Assembly (NCBI GenBank): GCA_034439475.1 | Contig: JAWXAN010000042.1 | Coordinates: 64,765-128,764 of the forward strand | Length of the DNA stretch: 64,000 bases | Reading direction: 5' to 3' | Source: Candidatus Zixiibacteriota bacterium | GTDB lineage: Bacteria > Zixibacteria > MSB-5A5 > GN15 > FEB-12 | Shown: positions 16,793 to 26,960 of the stretch, piece after piece | Position numbering within the stretch: the stretch's first letter is position 1 | How the letters are laid out: the number at the start of each line of letters is the position of its first letter | Position numbers and translations under genes: made by a program | Notes under the pieces: generated by a model | Seen by the model: the letters and a program-made list of their open reading frames with translations, nothing else | Told to the model about the DNA's origin: nothing | Databases searched by the model: none

Positions 16793-19714
16793 ATGAATGG
16801 AAGGAGTCAGGTGCGATTTCATAAAGTCCGACAGAGTTTACTGACTCTCAATGTTCTTTTGTTAATGTTTTTTCCCTCATTTTCTTTCGCCAATGATCGC
16901 ATTCACGAAAGCTTATCCTCGTTAGCTGGCAATCTCCAAGCCGCTGACAGTTTAGTTGATGTTCTAATTTTCCTGGATACCAAAGAAACTGAGGCTGCCG
17001 TTTCCAAATCGCTCCAGCGTCCAAACATAAGCCGACATACAAGAATACAATCCGTCATTACAAGTCTCACTTCGGTAACTCCGACAGATCGTAGAGAAGT
17101 GGAAGATTTCTTAAACAGCATCTCCAGTTCGCCAGTTCAGTTATACTGGATAGCGCCTTGTTACACAGCAACTATTCCGGCAAGTTCGCTTGGAAAACTC
17201 TCGACCATGAGCGCCGTGACATTGATAATACCAAATCTTGGTATCGACTTTATCCCGGTGGTGGAAAGCTCTCCCGCTCCACAGTCTGTTTCGACAATAG
17301 CCTCCGAGCTCAATGCTATGGGCGTTCCTCAACTTTGGCAGCGGGGCCTGACTGGCAAAGGTCGGTTAGTCTGTTCATTCGATACCGGAGTCGAAGGTGC
17401 CCATCCGGCATTATCATCAAAATGGCGTGGAAGACATAGTACTCTCTCCTCCTCCTGGTTTTCCAGTGTCTCACCAGACAGCCTGCCATCAGACAAAGTC
17501 GGCCATGGAACGCACACGATGGGAATAATGGTGGGTTCGGCATCAGCCGATTCTTTTGGAGTTGCCCCCGGCGCCGAGTGGATTTCCGCCGCGGTAATTG
17601 ATCAGGGACGCCCGCTCGGTACGACTGTAAGCGATATTATTGCCGCATTTCAGTGGTCTCTCAATCCGGATGGAAATATCTCCACAACGAATGATGTCCC
17701 CGATGTCATTCTCAACAGTTGGGGTATCCCGACCGGCCTCTTTGGTCCCTGCGACCAAACGTTTTGGTCTGTTATTGATAATGTTGAAGCGGCGGGAATT
17801 GTAACAATTTTCGCGGCCGGAAACGAAGGACCAAATCAAAAAACTATCAGAAATCCAGCGGACAGAGGAAGCAGTCCAACCAACTCATTCTCGGTCGGCG
17901 CGATTGATCTCGGCAATGTCGTCGCAAACTTTTCAAGCCGCGGTCCATCGGCCTGCGATCCGACACATATCAAGCCCGAGTTGGTTGCTCCGGGTGTGGT
18001 TGTCCGTTCTTCGACCAAGGGCGGCGGGTTTGCTTTTATGAGCGGAACATCGATGGCCGCTCCGTATATTGCTGGTCTGGTGGCGCTGTGCCGCCAGTAC
18101 AATCCCGACGCAACAGTTGACGAAATAAAACAAGCGTTAATAAATGCCGCAAATGACCTCGGGCCTGTAGGTGAAGACAATGCCTACGGATATGGGTTGG
18201 TCGACGCGTCCCGCCTGCCTGACTTTCTTTCAGCGCCGAGTCGAGCGGAATTTTCGGTGGCAGGACAAATTGTCAACGGAGATGGCGTCGCCTCGCCGGG
18301 CGAACTGATCGGACTTACCCTGTATCTTACGCAAAACTTCTCTTTGAATGCCTCAGTTCAAGGTCGTTTGAAGCCCCGCACGGCGGGTAATGTCGCCGTT
18401 ATCAATCAGCAGTCAGGATTCATTTTCGGCGAAGGCGGGGTAACGGCAATGAATGCTATACCATTTACACTGATGATCAACGAATCGGTGCCGAATGGGG
18501 CTTCAGAAAGTTTGGTACTTTATGTCGAGACGACCGATGGATCTGTCATTGATAGTGTCGAGTTGATATTAACCGTTGGATTTATTCCTCCCGGTCCAAA
18601 TGTGTCACACGCTGGGACTGCTGTCAGATTTTCAGTCTCAGGATTTGGGCAGTACGGCCTGGCATACGGCTCGATTTACAATCTCAATGGCGAAGGTTTT
18701 TGTTTCGGGAATTCTGAGAATCTACTCTATGAATCCGGTTTGATAGTGGGCAGGAGCGCACTTCAGCTATCATCGGCAATTCGCAATAGTCAGGGTTCAT
18801 TTACTCCTTCCGATTTTGCGCCCATCGGCGAATTCAGTCAGAGCCAAACAGTCGGAGAACTTCGCTACACTGTTGGTTTCGATGACCGACGCTCGTCAAT
18901 TCCCCTTCCGATAACCATCTCGCAGGAGACAATTAGTTATTCCAGCTTTGAGGATAATAGCATCGTCATAATGAACTACACATTGACGAATAAGACGTTG
19001 GAACGTCTGACTAACCTCCGCTTCGGTTTTTTAAACGATTTTGATTTGCCCGGCGCAAATAAGGCATACCTTGACGAGGTCGAAGGCTTTATTTATCAGC
19101 ATGGTGAGGGTGGCGCATTTATTGGTTTGGTTGCGCTAAAAAATGTCAATTCGTTCACCAGCATTTCCAATGTGACTGGCAAAACAGGCTTCACAAAGAC
19201 CCAGCAGTTCAGCCTTATTTCCACGAATGTCAACAATGTCGACAGTTCGCTCTCGGGCGATCTGCTTTTCATCGCGGCCTCAAATTCCATAACCCTTGAA
19301 CCTCGGGGAAATACTGAAGTTGCTTTTGCGCTCATTGCCGGTGACAATCTCGGACAACTCTATGAGAATATGGCTCGGGCAAGGGCGAAGTATGATATTG
19401 CGACAGGAATCGAAGACGACCCGGATGTTTTGCCGCAAAGCTTCAGCCTCGAGCAGAACTATCCCAATCCGTTTAATCCATCGACGACAATATCGTTTGG
19501 ACTTTCTGAGAGAAGTCATGTTTCCATCAGGGTCTTCAACATTCAAGGTCAGACGGTCAAGACCTTGACTTCAGGAGAACTTGGCCCGGGTAGCCATTCA
19601 GTCCTCTGGGATGCCACAAATGATCGGAATGAACCGGTATCCACGGGAATCTATTTTTATCGACTGGACACTAATTTTGGGGTCGAGACCCGTAAAATGG
19701 TTCTTTTAAGATGA
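16793..19714 (+). CDS. Subtilisin-like S8 serine protease with T9SS C-terminal sorting domain
   Basis: Catalytic triad contexts FDTGV (D), HGTHTMG (H) and GTSMAAPYIAG (S). N-terminal signal peptide. C-terminus LEQNYPNPFNPSTTISFGL...TGIYFYRL...RKMVLLR. An alternative start is GTG 16811, preceded by AAGGAG. Confidence 0.9.
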   Translation: MNGRSQVRFHKVRQSLLTLNVLLLMFFPSFSFANDRIHESLSSLAGNLQAADSLVDVLIFLDTKETEAAVSKSLQRPNISRHTRIQSVITSLTSVTPTDRREVEDFLNSISSSPVQLYWIAPCYTATIPASSLGKLSTMSAVTLIIPNLGIDFIPVVESSPAPQSVSTIASELNAMGVPQLWQRGLTGKGRLVCSFDTGVEGAHPALSSKWRGRHSTLSSSWFSSVSPDSLPSDKVGHGTHTMGIMVGSASADSFGVAPGAEWISAAVIDQGRPLGTTVSDIIAAFQWSLNPDGNISTTNDVPDVILNSWGIPTGLFGPCDQTFWSVIDNVEAAGIVTIFAAGNEGPNQKTIRNPADRGSSPTNSFSVGAIDLGNVVANFSSRGPSACDPTHIKPELVAPGVVVRSSTKGGGFAFMSGTSMAAPYIAGLVALCRQYNPDATVDEIKQALINAANDLGPVGEDNAYGYGLVDASRLPDFLSAPSRAEFSVAGQIVNGDGVASPGELIGLTLYLTQNFSLNASVQGRLKPRTAGNVAVINQQSGFIFGEGGVTAMNAIPFTLMINESVPNGASESLVLYVETTDGSVIDSVELILTVGFIPPGPNVSHAGTAVRFSVSGFGQYGLAYGSIYNLNGEGFCFGNSENLLYESGLIVGRSALQLSSAIRNSQGSFTPSDFAPIGEFSQSQTVGELRYTVGFDDRRSSIPLPITISQETISYSSFEDNSIVIMNYTLTNKTLERLTNLRFGFLNDFDLPGANKAYLDEVEGFIYQHGEGGAFIGLVALKNVNSFTSISNVTGKTGFTKTQQFSLISTNVNNVDSSLSGDLLFIAASNSITLEPRGNTEVAFALIAGDNLGQLYENMARARAKYDIATGIEDDPDVLPQSFSLEQNYPNPFNPSTTISFGLSERSHVSIRVFNIQGQTVKTLTSGELGPGSHSVLWDATNDRNEPVSTGIYFYRLDTNFGVETRKMVLLR

Positions 19715-19804
19715 ACGCTTTTCCGTATATTCATTGACAAGGCTGAAGTGATACTTAACTACACGATGAAAAAAATAATTCATGCGATACAAAGGATAAC
19801 AAGG

Positions 19805-22603
19805 ATGAACAATCCAACTCGTTCTCTTGCGGCTGTCGCAGGGATCATTCTCTGTGTTCTGACGGCTGCTGCTGTCAATGCCGTTTCTCCTACCGATGAA
19901 GCAATCGCGATTTGGAAAGCACAGGGGATCTATGAACAAAAGATAGCGGATTGGAAGGCGTTCAAGGAGGCTGGGGGATGCGCGCCCGGTGACCACTCTC
20001 TTTTCAGCAGAGAGAGAATACTCGCCAAAATGGCGCTTGGGGTTGACTCAGTGGAGACGGTCTATGTCCCGGTAATCCTTGTTGATTTTGTTGACTATAA
20101 ATGGAACGACAGCACATATGTGTTGGACGGCCAAACCAAACTTTCCACCCGAGTCTACGGCACGCCGTCGATGTTTGAATCTCTGCTGTTTTCGATCAAG
20201 GGCTCACCCGAAAGCAACCCGACGGGTTCAATGACCGATTTTTATATGGAAAACTCAAATGGCAAATTCTTTATGATTGGCGAAGTTCATGGTTGGTACA
20301 CCATGGACAAGCCCTATTCATATTACGTCGGCACCAACAGTGGACTTGGTGGTACCGGCTCGGTGCTTGCACGGGAAGCTATTGACTCAGCCGACACTCA
20401 CGGAGTGGATTTCAGTAGATATGACAACAACAATAACAATACCGTTGAGGGAGTTATCATCGTCCATGCCGGACCCGGCGCCGAGACCGGTCAGTGGGGC
20501 ATTTGGTCGCATAAGTCGGGCGTAACTCAAAATAAGGACGGGATGAGATTCTCTCAGTACACATTAAATCCGGAAGAATATGGCGGCACGATCTCGACGA
20601 TGGGCGTGTTTGCTCACGAATATGGGCATGTGCTCGGTCTTCCGGATCTATATGATGTCGGAAGTAACTCTAATGCCAGCGGACTTGGAAATTGGTCACT
20701 CATGTCAGGAGGAAGTTGGAATCAGAACGGCCGTGTGCCGGCTCATTTCGACGGATGGTGTAAGTGGAATCTTGGTTTTGCCAAGGCAACCATCTTGACT
20801 CAGAACACGCGTCAGGTCGAGTTCCCACAAACGACAACAGAAGCAGTCGTCTATCTTTTGCGAAATGCATCGGTTAGTTCGCTTGATTGGTGGATTGTCG
20901 AAAATCGTCAGAAAGTCGGCTTTGATGCGGCCCTGCCAGGGGCCGGTCTTATGATATATCATTACGACCAGGGAGCCGGCGCTCAGAATGACACGAATAG
21001 ATATCTCGTAGCGCTCGAACAAGCCGATGGATTAAATGGACTAATTAACGGCAGTAGCGGCGATGCCGGTGATACCTGGCCGGGGTCAACCAATAAGAGA
21101 AACTTTACAAATTTCACTACCCCTAATTCCTCTACAAATATAGGCGGACTGACAACTCAGGTCGGCGTCTGGAATATTTCCAATTCTGGGCCGATCATGT
21201 ACGCCGATCTTGACATCTCGTACTCAAGACCCTGGGTTGTTCTCTCAGGCGGCGATTCGATTAAGTTTTCCGATAATCTCCCGGGAGGTGACAACGATGG
21301 TATTTTCGAAGCTGGTGAAACGATTAAGTTTAATATGGGAGTGCTGAATCTGGCTAAAATCGCCTACGATACAAAGGTCACCTTGACCTGCGATAACCCC
21401 ACGCTCACTTTCGGCGGCAATCCCGGAAAACTCGAAACATTTCTTAATCCTACATTCACCGACCCGATTCGGATGCACACACCGATTTCGATTGTTATTC
21501 CGGCGGACTTTCAATCCAAAGGAGTCAATTTTACCATTACGCTGAACAGCGACTCGGTTATCAGTCTCAGCAATGGCGATGGCCTATTTGTAACAACTTT
21601 CCAGTCAAAAGTTACACTTGGAGCGCCTCAGATTATGCTTGTTGACGACGACAACGCTGGAGGATTCCAGAGCAGATACACCGTAGTACTTGATAGGATG
21701 AATCTTCCTTACGCAATTTGGGACAAGAGTGTAAGAGGAACTCCACCCTCGGCAGAGCTTGCAAAATATAGTTCCGTTTTCTGGTTTACCGGCTCGCAAA
21801 CAGCGGGCGGAACCCTGACAGCGGCTGATATAAGCGCGATCAAGCAACATATGGATGGCGGGGGCAATCTATGCCTGTCCAGCATGACTGTTCCTACTCA
21901 GTTGACTACCCTTGATTCAACATTCATGGAAACATATCTGAAGGCATCAGCTGGAAATTCACTGTTTGCCACTTACTTCTATGGTGTGCCCGGATTTGAG
22001 GTCAGTGACAGCAGCAGATATAATACGACCGGCGGTCATAATGGCACTCACCGCACTTTAACACCAATCAACGGTGGTCAGAGTCTGTTCACCCTCGGTA
22101 CGAACGGTAGTAATACGTCGCTCGGTACATGTGGAGTGCTCTATGATGGCTCATACAAGTCGGTGTTTTTGAGCTTTGCGATTGAGCATCTGAGTGATGG
22201 CTCATTAAACTCTAAACCCAAAGATTCGCTGATAGCTCGGATTATTAACTTTTTCGGAAAGGGAACTGCAACGGGCATCGATGATGACCAACAGGCTGGA
22301 CTTGTGCCCGCCGGATTCTCGTTGGCTCAAAATTATCCAAACCCCTTCAATCCAAGCACAACTATCGAGTATACAATTAACGGCAGCACAGGCTCGCGCA
22401 TACAGCGGGTGACACTTGCGGTCTATAATCTCCTCGGACAGAATGTGCGCACATTGGTCGACCAGACTCAGGGGCCGGGAACGTATACTGTAACCTGGGA
22501 TGGGAGCAATACCGAAGGGAGAGCTGTTTCAACCGGGCTTTACTTCTATCGACTTCAACGGGAAGGCGCAAGCGAGACCAAGAAGATGGTGCTCCTGAAA
22601 TAG
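19805..22603 (+). CDS. M6 (immune-inhibitor-A-like) zinc metalloprotease with T9SS C-terminal sorting domain
   Basis: HEYGHVLGLPDLYD zinc motif. Signal peptide MNNPTRSLAAVAGIILCVLTAAAVNA (start chosen at 19805; the track ORF opens at 19748). C-terminus LAQNYPNPFNPSTTIEY...TGLYFYRL...KKMVLLK. Confidence 0.85.
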   Translation: MNNPTRSLAAVAGIILCVLTAAAVNAVSPTDEAIAIWKAQGIYEQKIADWKAFKEAGGCAPGDHSLFSRERILAKMALGVDSVETVYVPVILVDFVDYKWNDSTYVLDGQTKLSTRVYGTPSMFESLLFSIKGSPESNPTGSMTDFYMENSNGKFFMIGEVHGWYTMDKPYSYYVGTNSGLGGTGSVLAREAIDSADTHGVDFSRYDNNNNNTVEGVIIVHAGPGAETGQWGIWSHKSGVTQNKDGMRFSQYTLNPEEYGGTISTMGVFAHEYGHVLGLPDLYDVGSNSNASGLGNWSLMSGGSWNQNGRVPAHFDGWCKWNLGFAKATILTQNTRQVEFPQTTTEAVVYLLRNASVSSLDWWIVENRQKVGFDAALPGAGLMIYHYDQGAGAQNDTNRYLVALEQADGLNGLINGSSGDAGDTWPGSTNKRNFTNFTTPNSSTNIGGLTTQVGVWNISNSGPIMYADLDISYSRPWVVLSGGDSIKFSDNLPGGDNDGIFEAGETIKFNMGVLNLAKIAYDTKVTLTCDNPTLTFGGNPGKLETFLNPTFTDPIRMHTPISIVIPADFQSKGVNFTITLNSDSVISLSNGDGLFVTTFQSKVTLGAPQIMLVDDDNAGGFQSRYTVVLDRMNLPYAIWDKSVRGTPPSAELAKYSSVFWFTGSQTAGGTLTAADISAIKQHMDGGGNLCLSSMTVPTQLTTLDSTFMETYLKASAGNSLFATYFYGVPGFEVSDSSRYNTTGGHNGTHRTLTPINGGQSLFTLGTNGSNTSLGTCGVLYDGSYKSVFLSFAIEHLSDGSLNSKPKDSLIARIINFFGKGTATGIDDDQQAGLVPAGFSLAQNYPNPFNPSTTIEYTINGSTGSRIQRVTLAVYNLLGQNVRTLVDQTQGPGTYTVTWDGSNTEGRAVSTGLYFYRLQREGASETKKMVLLK

Positions 22604-22633
22604 CCCGCCTCGCTCTCGCAAGATTTCTAAAAG

Positions 22634-22658
22634 CCGCTTTGTGAAAAAGCGGTTTTTT
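22634..22658 (+). terminator. Intrinsic terminator after the protease pair
   Basis: Stem ccgcttt / aaagcgg with loop gtgaa, followed by tttttt, 30 nt after the M6 stop. Confidence 0.75.
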
Positions 22659-22739
22659 ATTATCAGGCATAGCTAACGATCCTGTCGAAATATCGTTTTT
22701 TCGCCTCATAAGAGCGGTGAGATTATCCATTTACGCCGC

Positions 22740-22769
22740 TTGACGCCAGCTTTAAAATGCCCTTATATT
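22740..22769 (+). promoter_or_regulatory. Candidate sigma-70 promoter for the E2/lipB/fabL genes
   Basis: TTGACG (22740-45), 18-nt spacer, TATATT (22764-69), about 60 nt upstream of the ATG at 22827. Confidence 0.5.
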
Positions 22770-22826
22770 ACGGCCTATTATGTGTATGAACATGTTTATT
22801 TTGAGCAGATAAGGAATACTGATTTT

Positions 22827-24197
22827 ATGTCAATCGATGTCATAGTTCCCCAGATGGGAGAATCGGTCCTTGAGGGGACCATCTTGGAATGGAAAGTTAA
22901 AGTCGGCGACAAGGTCGAAATCAACCAGGCGCTTGTCGAATTGATGACCGATAAGGTGAATGTCGAAATTCCCGCTGAAGCCTCGGGAGTCGTCACCCAA
23001 ACGTATGCGACCGAGGGCCAGGTTGTTCGGGTTGGAGCCAAGATTGCCACTATCGATGACGGCAAAGTGGCCCCAGCGCCGCAGCCTTCAAGCGCTACGA
23101 AACAGCCGGAAATGACACCACAGCAACAACCTGCATCAGTCGCTAAAGCGGCCCCGGCACCTGCCGCAGCAATTAAAGGAACAGCGGCCGTTGGCAAGGG
23201 GAAAATGTCTCCCAAAGTGAAGATGCTCATTCGCGAATACGGTATCGATGCATCGCAGGTAACTCCCACCGGCAAAGATGGCCTTGTTACGGTTGAAGAT
23301 GTTATGCGTACAGTTGAAAGTAGAACTTCATCGGCGGGCTTTACTTCCGGGCCGATTCCATCGCCGGATGCGCCGGCATCGTATACAACGCCTCTGTTTG
23401 CCTCATCAGGAGCGCCATCGGGAACGACTCAGCAGGCACCTTTGAAGCCAAAAGTTCAAGTCCAAATTCCGGTCTTTGCGCCGATGCCTGAAGCCGCGCG
23501 GACAACCCGCAAACCGCTTGTTGGAGCCAGAAAACTGATTGCCGAACACATGGTCAAGTCGGTTCACACCTCGCCGCATGTAACTACATTCGAGGAGATC
23601 GATCTTACCGATCTGGTCGCATTCCGCAAAGAGATCAAGGACGAGTTTAAGAAAACCTATGGCGCCAATATCACCTATATGCCGTTCGTTGTGAAGGCCG
23701 CCTGTGTAGCTCTTAGAGAATATCCGACCGTCAATGCCTCGATTACCGATACCGAGATTATCATAAAGAATTATTACAATATCGGTATTGCCGTCGCCCG
23801 TGAGGACGGCCTAATCGTGCCGGTTATCAAAAATGCCGACAAGAAAACCATAGTCGAACTCGCGGTGGAAATTGCCTCGCTCGGTGAGAAGGCGCGAACA
23901 AACAAACTGACTCCCGACGATGTCTCCGACGGCACATTCACACTGACAAATGCCGGTATGTTTGGCGCGACCGGCTCGACCCCGATTATTGCCCAGCCGC
24001 AGGTCGCAATTCTGGGCATCCACGCCATTGTCCCTAAGCCCTGGGTGGTGAACGGCCAAATTGTTATCCGTGACATTTCTAACTTTGGTATGTCATTTGA
24101 CCATCGCCTTATCGACGGCCATACTGCCGTGCAGTTTCTGCACCGTGTGCATGAGTTCCTTGCAGACGGCAGAAAACTGCTAATGAGCCTGCGCTAA
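22827..24197 (+). CDS. 2-oxoacid dehydrogenase complex E2 (dihydrolipoamide acyltransferase)
   Basis: Lipoyl domain with the MTDKV lysine site, Ala/Pro-rich linker, peripheral-subunit-binding domain (SPKVKMLIREYGIDASQVTPTGKDGLVTVEDV), and catalytic domain with DHRLIDG. Start taken at MSIDVIVPQMGESV. Confidence 0.9.
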   Translation: MSIDVIVPQMGESVLEGTILEWKVKVGDKVEINQALVELMTDKVNVEIPAEASGVVTQTYATEGQVVRVGAKIATIDDGKVAPAPQPSSATKQPEMTPQQQPASVAKAAPAPAAAIKGTAAVGKGKMSPKVKMLIREYGIDASQVTPTGKDGLVTVEDVMRTVESRTSSAGFTSGPIPSPDAPASYTTPLFASSGAPSGTTQQAPLKPKVQVQIPVFAPMPEAARTTRKPLVGARKLIAEHMVKSVHTSPHVTTFEEIDLTDLVAFRKEIKDEFKKTYGANITYMPFVVKAACVALREYPTVNASITDTEIIIKNYYNIGIAVAREDGLIVPVIKNADKKTIVELAVEIASLGEKARTNKLTPDDVSDGTFTLTNAGMFGATGSTPIIAQPQVAILGIHAIVPKPWVVNGQIVIRDISNFGMSFDHRLIDGHTAVQFLHRVHEFLADGRKLLMSLR

Positions 24198-24201
24198 GAC
24201 C

Positions 24202-24906
24202 ATGCCCGAACTCTATCAGAAGCGCTACGGTTGGTTTCTGGAGCTTGGCCAGGTTGACTACGAACGGACGCTTAATTGGCAGCGCGAAATGGTAAAGCGC
24301 CGCGAGTCCGGAATGATTCGTGATACGATCATACTTGTTGAGCATCCGTCGGTTGTGACCGTTGGCCGCGACGGACACAAGAATAATTTTTTGGGTCTTT
24401 CCAGAGAGCCGATATTTATTGAACGGGGCGGCGATGTCACCTATCATGGGCCCGGCCAGCTTGTCGTCTACTTTGTATTCAATCTGACCCGTCGCGGGAG
24501 AGACCTGCATCAATTTGTCGAGTCTATTCAGGAAGGTATTATTCGCACACTGAAGGAATATGGTGTCGACAATGCCGCGCACAATCCAAAGAGCACTGGC
24601 GTCTGGATAGCCGACCGGAAACTGGCCTCGATTGGGGTGGCGGTCAAAAAGTGGATTTCTTTTCATGGCGCCGCAATCAATGTCAATACCGATTTGTCGG
24701 ACTTCAAACAGATCAATCCGTGCGGACTCGAGCCGGAAGTCATGACATCCCTTGAGCAACTTATAGACCGTCGTGTGCCACTCGCCGAATTCGGGCGAAT
24801 ACTCATTGAAAAATATGCTGAGGTTTTTGATACAAACTTCATGCCGGTTCACCTTGAGGAACTCGCCGAAGATGTCAAAAGTCAGGACGGCGGCGGACTC
24901 GTCTAA
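24202..24906 (+). CDS. lipB: Lipoyl(octanoyl) transferase LipB
   Basis: RGGDVTYHGPGQLVVY, KLASIGVAVKKWISFHGAAINV and INPCGL motifs. Confidence 0.9.
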   Translation: MPELYQKRYGWFLELGQVDYERTLNWQREMVKRRESGMIRDTIILVEHPSVVTVGRDGHKNNFLGLSREPIFIERGGDVTYHGPGQLVVYFVFNLTRRGRDLHQFVESIQEGIIRTLKEYGVDNAAHNPKSTGVWIADRKLASIGVAVKKWISFHGAAINVNTDLSDFKQINPCGLEPEVMTSLEQLIDRRVPLAEFGRILIEKYAEVFDTNFMPVHLEELAEDVKSQDGGGLV

Positions 24907-24936
24907 GGCCGAATCAATCAATACAGAGGGAGTGAG

Positions 24937-25683
24937 ATGGAGTTAAAGGGGAAAGTTGCGTTTGTCTCCGGAGCAACCCGGGGGATAGGACTTGCGACCG
25001 CAGAGCGTTTGGCCCAGATGGGCGCGAATGTTGTTATCAATTTTTTCAAATCGCGCGAAAGCGCCAATGCCGCACTGGAAAAGCTCAAAACATACGGCGT
25101 TGAATGTTACGCCCATCGGGCAAATATCGGCAACGACGAACAACTGCCCGGAATCTTCGAGGGTATCAAAGAACGTTTTGGCAGACTCGATATCTTGGTG
25201 TCGAATGTCTCAATTGGCAGTTACGCCGATTTGCTGGATGTAGACAATCGAAGTTGGGAAGTGCCTATGAACACCAATGCGCGGGCGTTCATGAAGTGTA
25301 TTCAACTTGGCACACCACTTATGCATGAGGGCGGGCGTATTTTGACGCTATCATCGCTTGGATCGACCCGCTACATCCCGGGTTATTCCGCGATTGGCGT
25401 TTCGAAGGCCGCCATCGAATCAATCGTTAGGTATGCCGCGGTCGAATTGGCTCCCAAGAAAATTACCGTGAATTGTGTCTCCGGCGGATTTATAGATACT
25501 GATGCCTTGAAAGTTTTCCCTAATTACGAAGAAATGAAAAAAGAGGTCGCACGGCGCACTCCATGCGGGCGAATTGGCACACCGGCGGAAGTAGCCGAAG
25601 TGGTTGCATTTTTGGCAAGTCCACGCTCGAGCTGGATAACGGGACAAACGATAATAGTCGATGGCGGCTATTCGCTTATGTAA
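24937..25683 (+). CDS. fabL: Enoyl-[acyl-carrier-protein] reductase, FabL-type SDR
   Basis: SGATRGIG cofactor motif. [58 protein letters not shown] closely parallels my recollection of Bacillus FabL, and the protein ends [13 protein letters not shown]. Confidence 0.75.
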   Translation: MELKGKVAFVSGATRGIGLATAERLAQMGANVVINFFKSRESANAALEKLKTYGVECYAHRANIGNDEQLPGIFEGIKERFGRLDILVSNVSIGSYADLLDVDNRSWEVPMNTNARAFMKCIQLGTPLMHEGGRILTLSSLGSTRYIPGYSAIGVSKAAIESIVRYAAVELAPKKITVNCVSGGFIDTDALKVFPNYEEMKKEVARRTPCGRIGTPAEVAEVVAFLASPRSSWITGQTIIVDGGYSLM

Positions 25684-25714
25684 ATAATTTTCATTCAATC
25701 TCAATAGGAAATCT

Positions 25715-26308
25715 ATGAACAAACTGGAAAAACGCGAGCTCAATTTACCCGTCGGCTATAACCCCAAAACCCAATCGATGGTCGCTCTGTTTGCGGCCCA
25801 GCTTGAGGATCAACTGCGATTGCTTAAAAGAGACCTTGAAGGGTTAGAGGTCAAGCATCTTGAATGGCAGCCACAGCCGGGAATGAATACCATCGGGATG
25901 CTTTTAGCGCATAATGCGGTTGTCGAAATCTGGTGGATAAATATCGCGCCGTATGGCATTCCAGCCAATCCCGATGGGGAGGCTCTCATGAAAAATACGA
26001 TAGGGATTTGTATGGACGATGACGGCCTGCCGATCCCCAGCGATGGAGTTCATCCAAAAACGCTGAGCAAAAAAACCCTCGAAGACTATCTGGGTATGCA
26101 AGACCGTGCCCGTGCTCTGGCTCATACGGCGATGAAAACATGGGATGATAACTCGCTTGAATCGACATATGTTCTGCGCGAGCGAGAAATAACTCGAGCC
26201 TGGACCCTCTATCATGTCCTTGAGCATTTTGCCGGACATTACGGACAGATGCTTTTGTTGATGCACCTGATGCGCGACGCGGGGGTGTTGGAGAAGAAGG
26301 CGACTTGA
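25715..26308 (+). CDS. DinB-family (four-helix-bundle metal-binding) protein
   Basis: His triad contexts LLAHNAVVE and YHVLEHFAGHYGQM, typical of the DinB/YfiT-like superfamily. Confidence 0.65.
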   Translation: MNKLEKRELNLPVGYNPKTQSMVALFAAQLEDQLRLLKRDLEGLEVKHLEWQPQPGMNTIGMLLAHNAVVEIWWINIAPYGIPANPDGEALMKNTIGICMDDDGLPIPSDGVHPKTLSKKTLEDYLGMQDRARALAHTAMKTWDDNSLESTYVLREREITRAWTLYHVLEHFAGHYGQMLLLMHLMRDAGVLEKKAT

Positions 26309-26420
26309 TGATTAGAAAAATTTTATTTTGCTTTCATAATTAGCCGAACCCTTATTGGATTAAACCCAAAGTGGGTTATTCCACAATAGTAATAGTTAAT
26401 TGCATTACCGGAGGAATCGA

Positions 26421-26960
26421 ATGAAGAAAGTTGCTGGACTCATCGTTTTAGCGGCATTGTTGTGCGCCAATAGCTCTACTGCTCAAACACCACTAAACAT
26501 TAAGGGATACGTGGGAGTAGGAATCGATATGCCGACCGGAATTCTCGGAGACGGATGGAATATGGGCTTTCACGGCGAAGCCGCTCTTGGCTTTCTCCTT
26601 CCAGCTCAGCCATTTGAAATTCTTGGCGAAATTGCCTACCATAGTTTCGGTCTTGATGATCAAGGAACTGGCATAGATGGAGGTACCTTCAGCGCGTTTC
26701 GATTTGGTGTCGCCGCCAAGGTTCGAATCATACCATCGGTGGGAACAACAGCGCCGTTCTTTTCCTTTGGAGTAGGATTTGCACAGGCAGCGATAGGTGA
26801 TATAGGTGGCTTCAGTTTTCCAGATGAAACGAAGCCATATATCAAACTCGGAGGCGGCGTTGATTTTTTGAAGTTCTTTGCCAAGGTTGAATATGTAAAT
26901 GTTTTTACAGAAGGTGAGAGCGCCAAATTTGTTCCGATTACATTTGGTGTGAGATTTTAA
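26421..26960 (+). CDS. Small outer-membrane beta-barrel protein (OmpW/porin-like)
   Basis: GGAGGA RBS before the ATG at 26421. Signal peptide MKKVAGLIVLAALLCANSSTAQ. Alternating-hydrophobicity strands and a terminal aromatic (GVRF). Confidence 0.65.
   Translation: MKKVAGLIVLAALLCANSSTAQTPLNIKGYVGVGIDMPTGILGDGWNMGFHGEAALGFLLPAQPFEILGEIAYHSFGLDDQGTGIDGGTFSAFRFGVAAKVRIIPSVGTTAPFFSFGVGFAQAAIGDIGGFSFPDETKPYIKLGGGVDFLKFFAKVEYVNVFTEGESAKFVPITFGVRF

Noticed and set aside
22796-23275. 159-aa minus-strand ORF rich in Ala/Gly/Cys.
   Set aside because: It is the mirror image of the Ala/Pro-rich linker of the E2 gene. It is low-complexity antisense sequence.
24109-24921. 270-aa minus-strand ORF covering all of lipB.
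   Set aside because: It is antisense to a gene with unmistakable LipB motifs, has no recognisable motif of its own and has no RBS. It is a typical shadow ORF.
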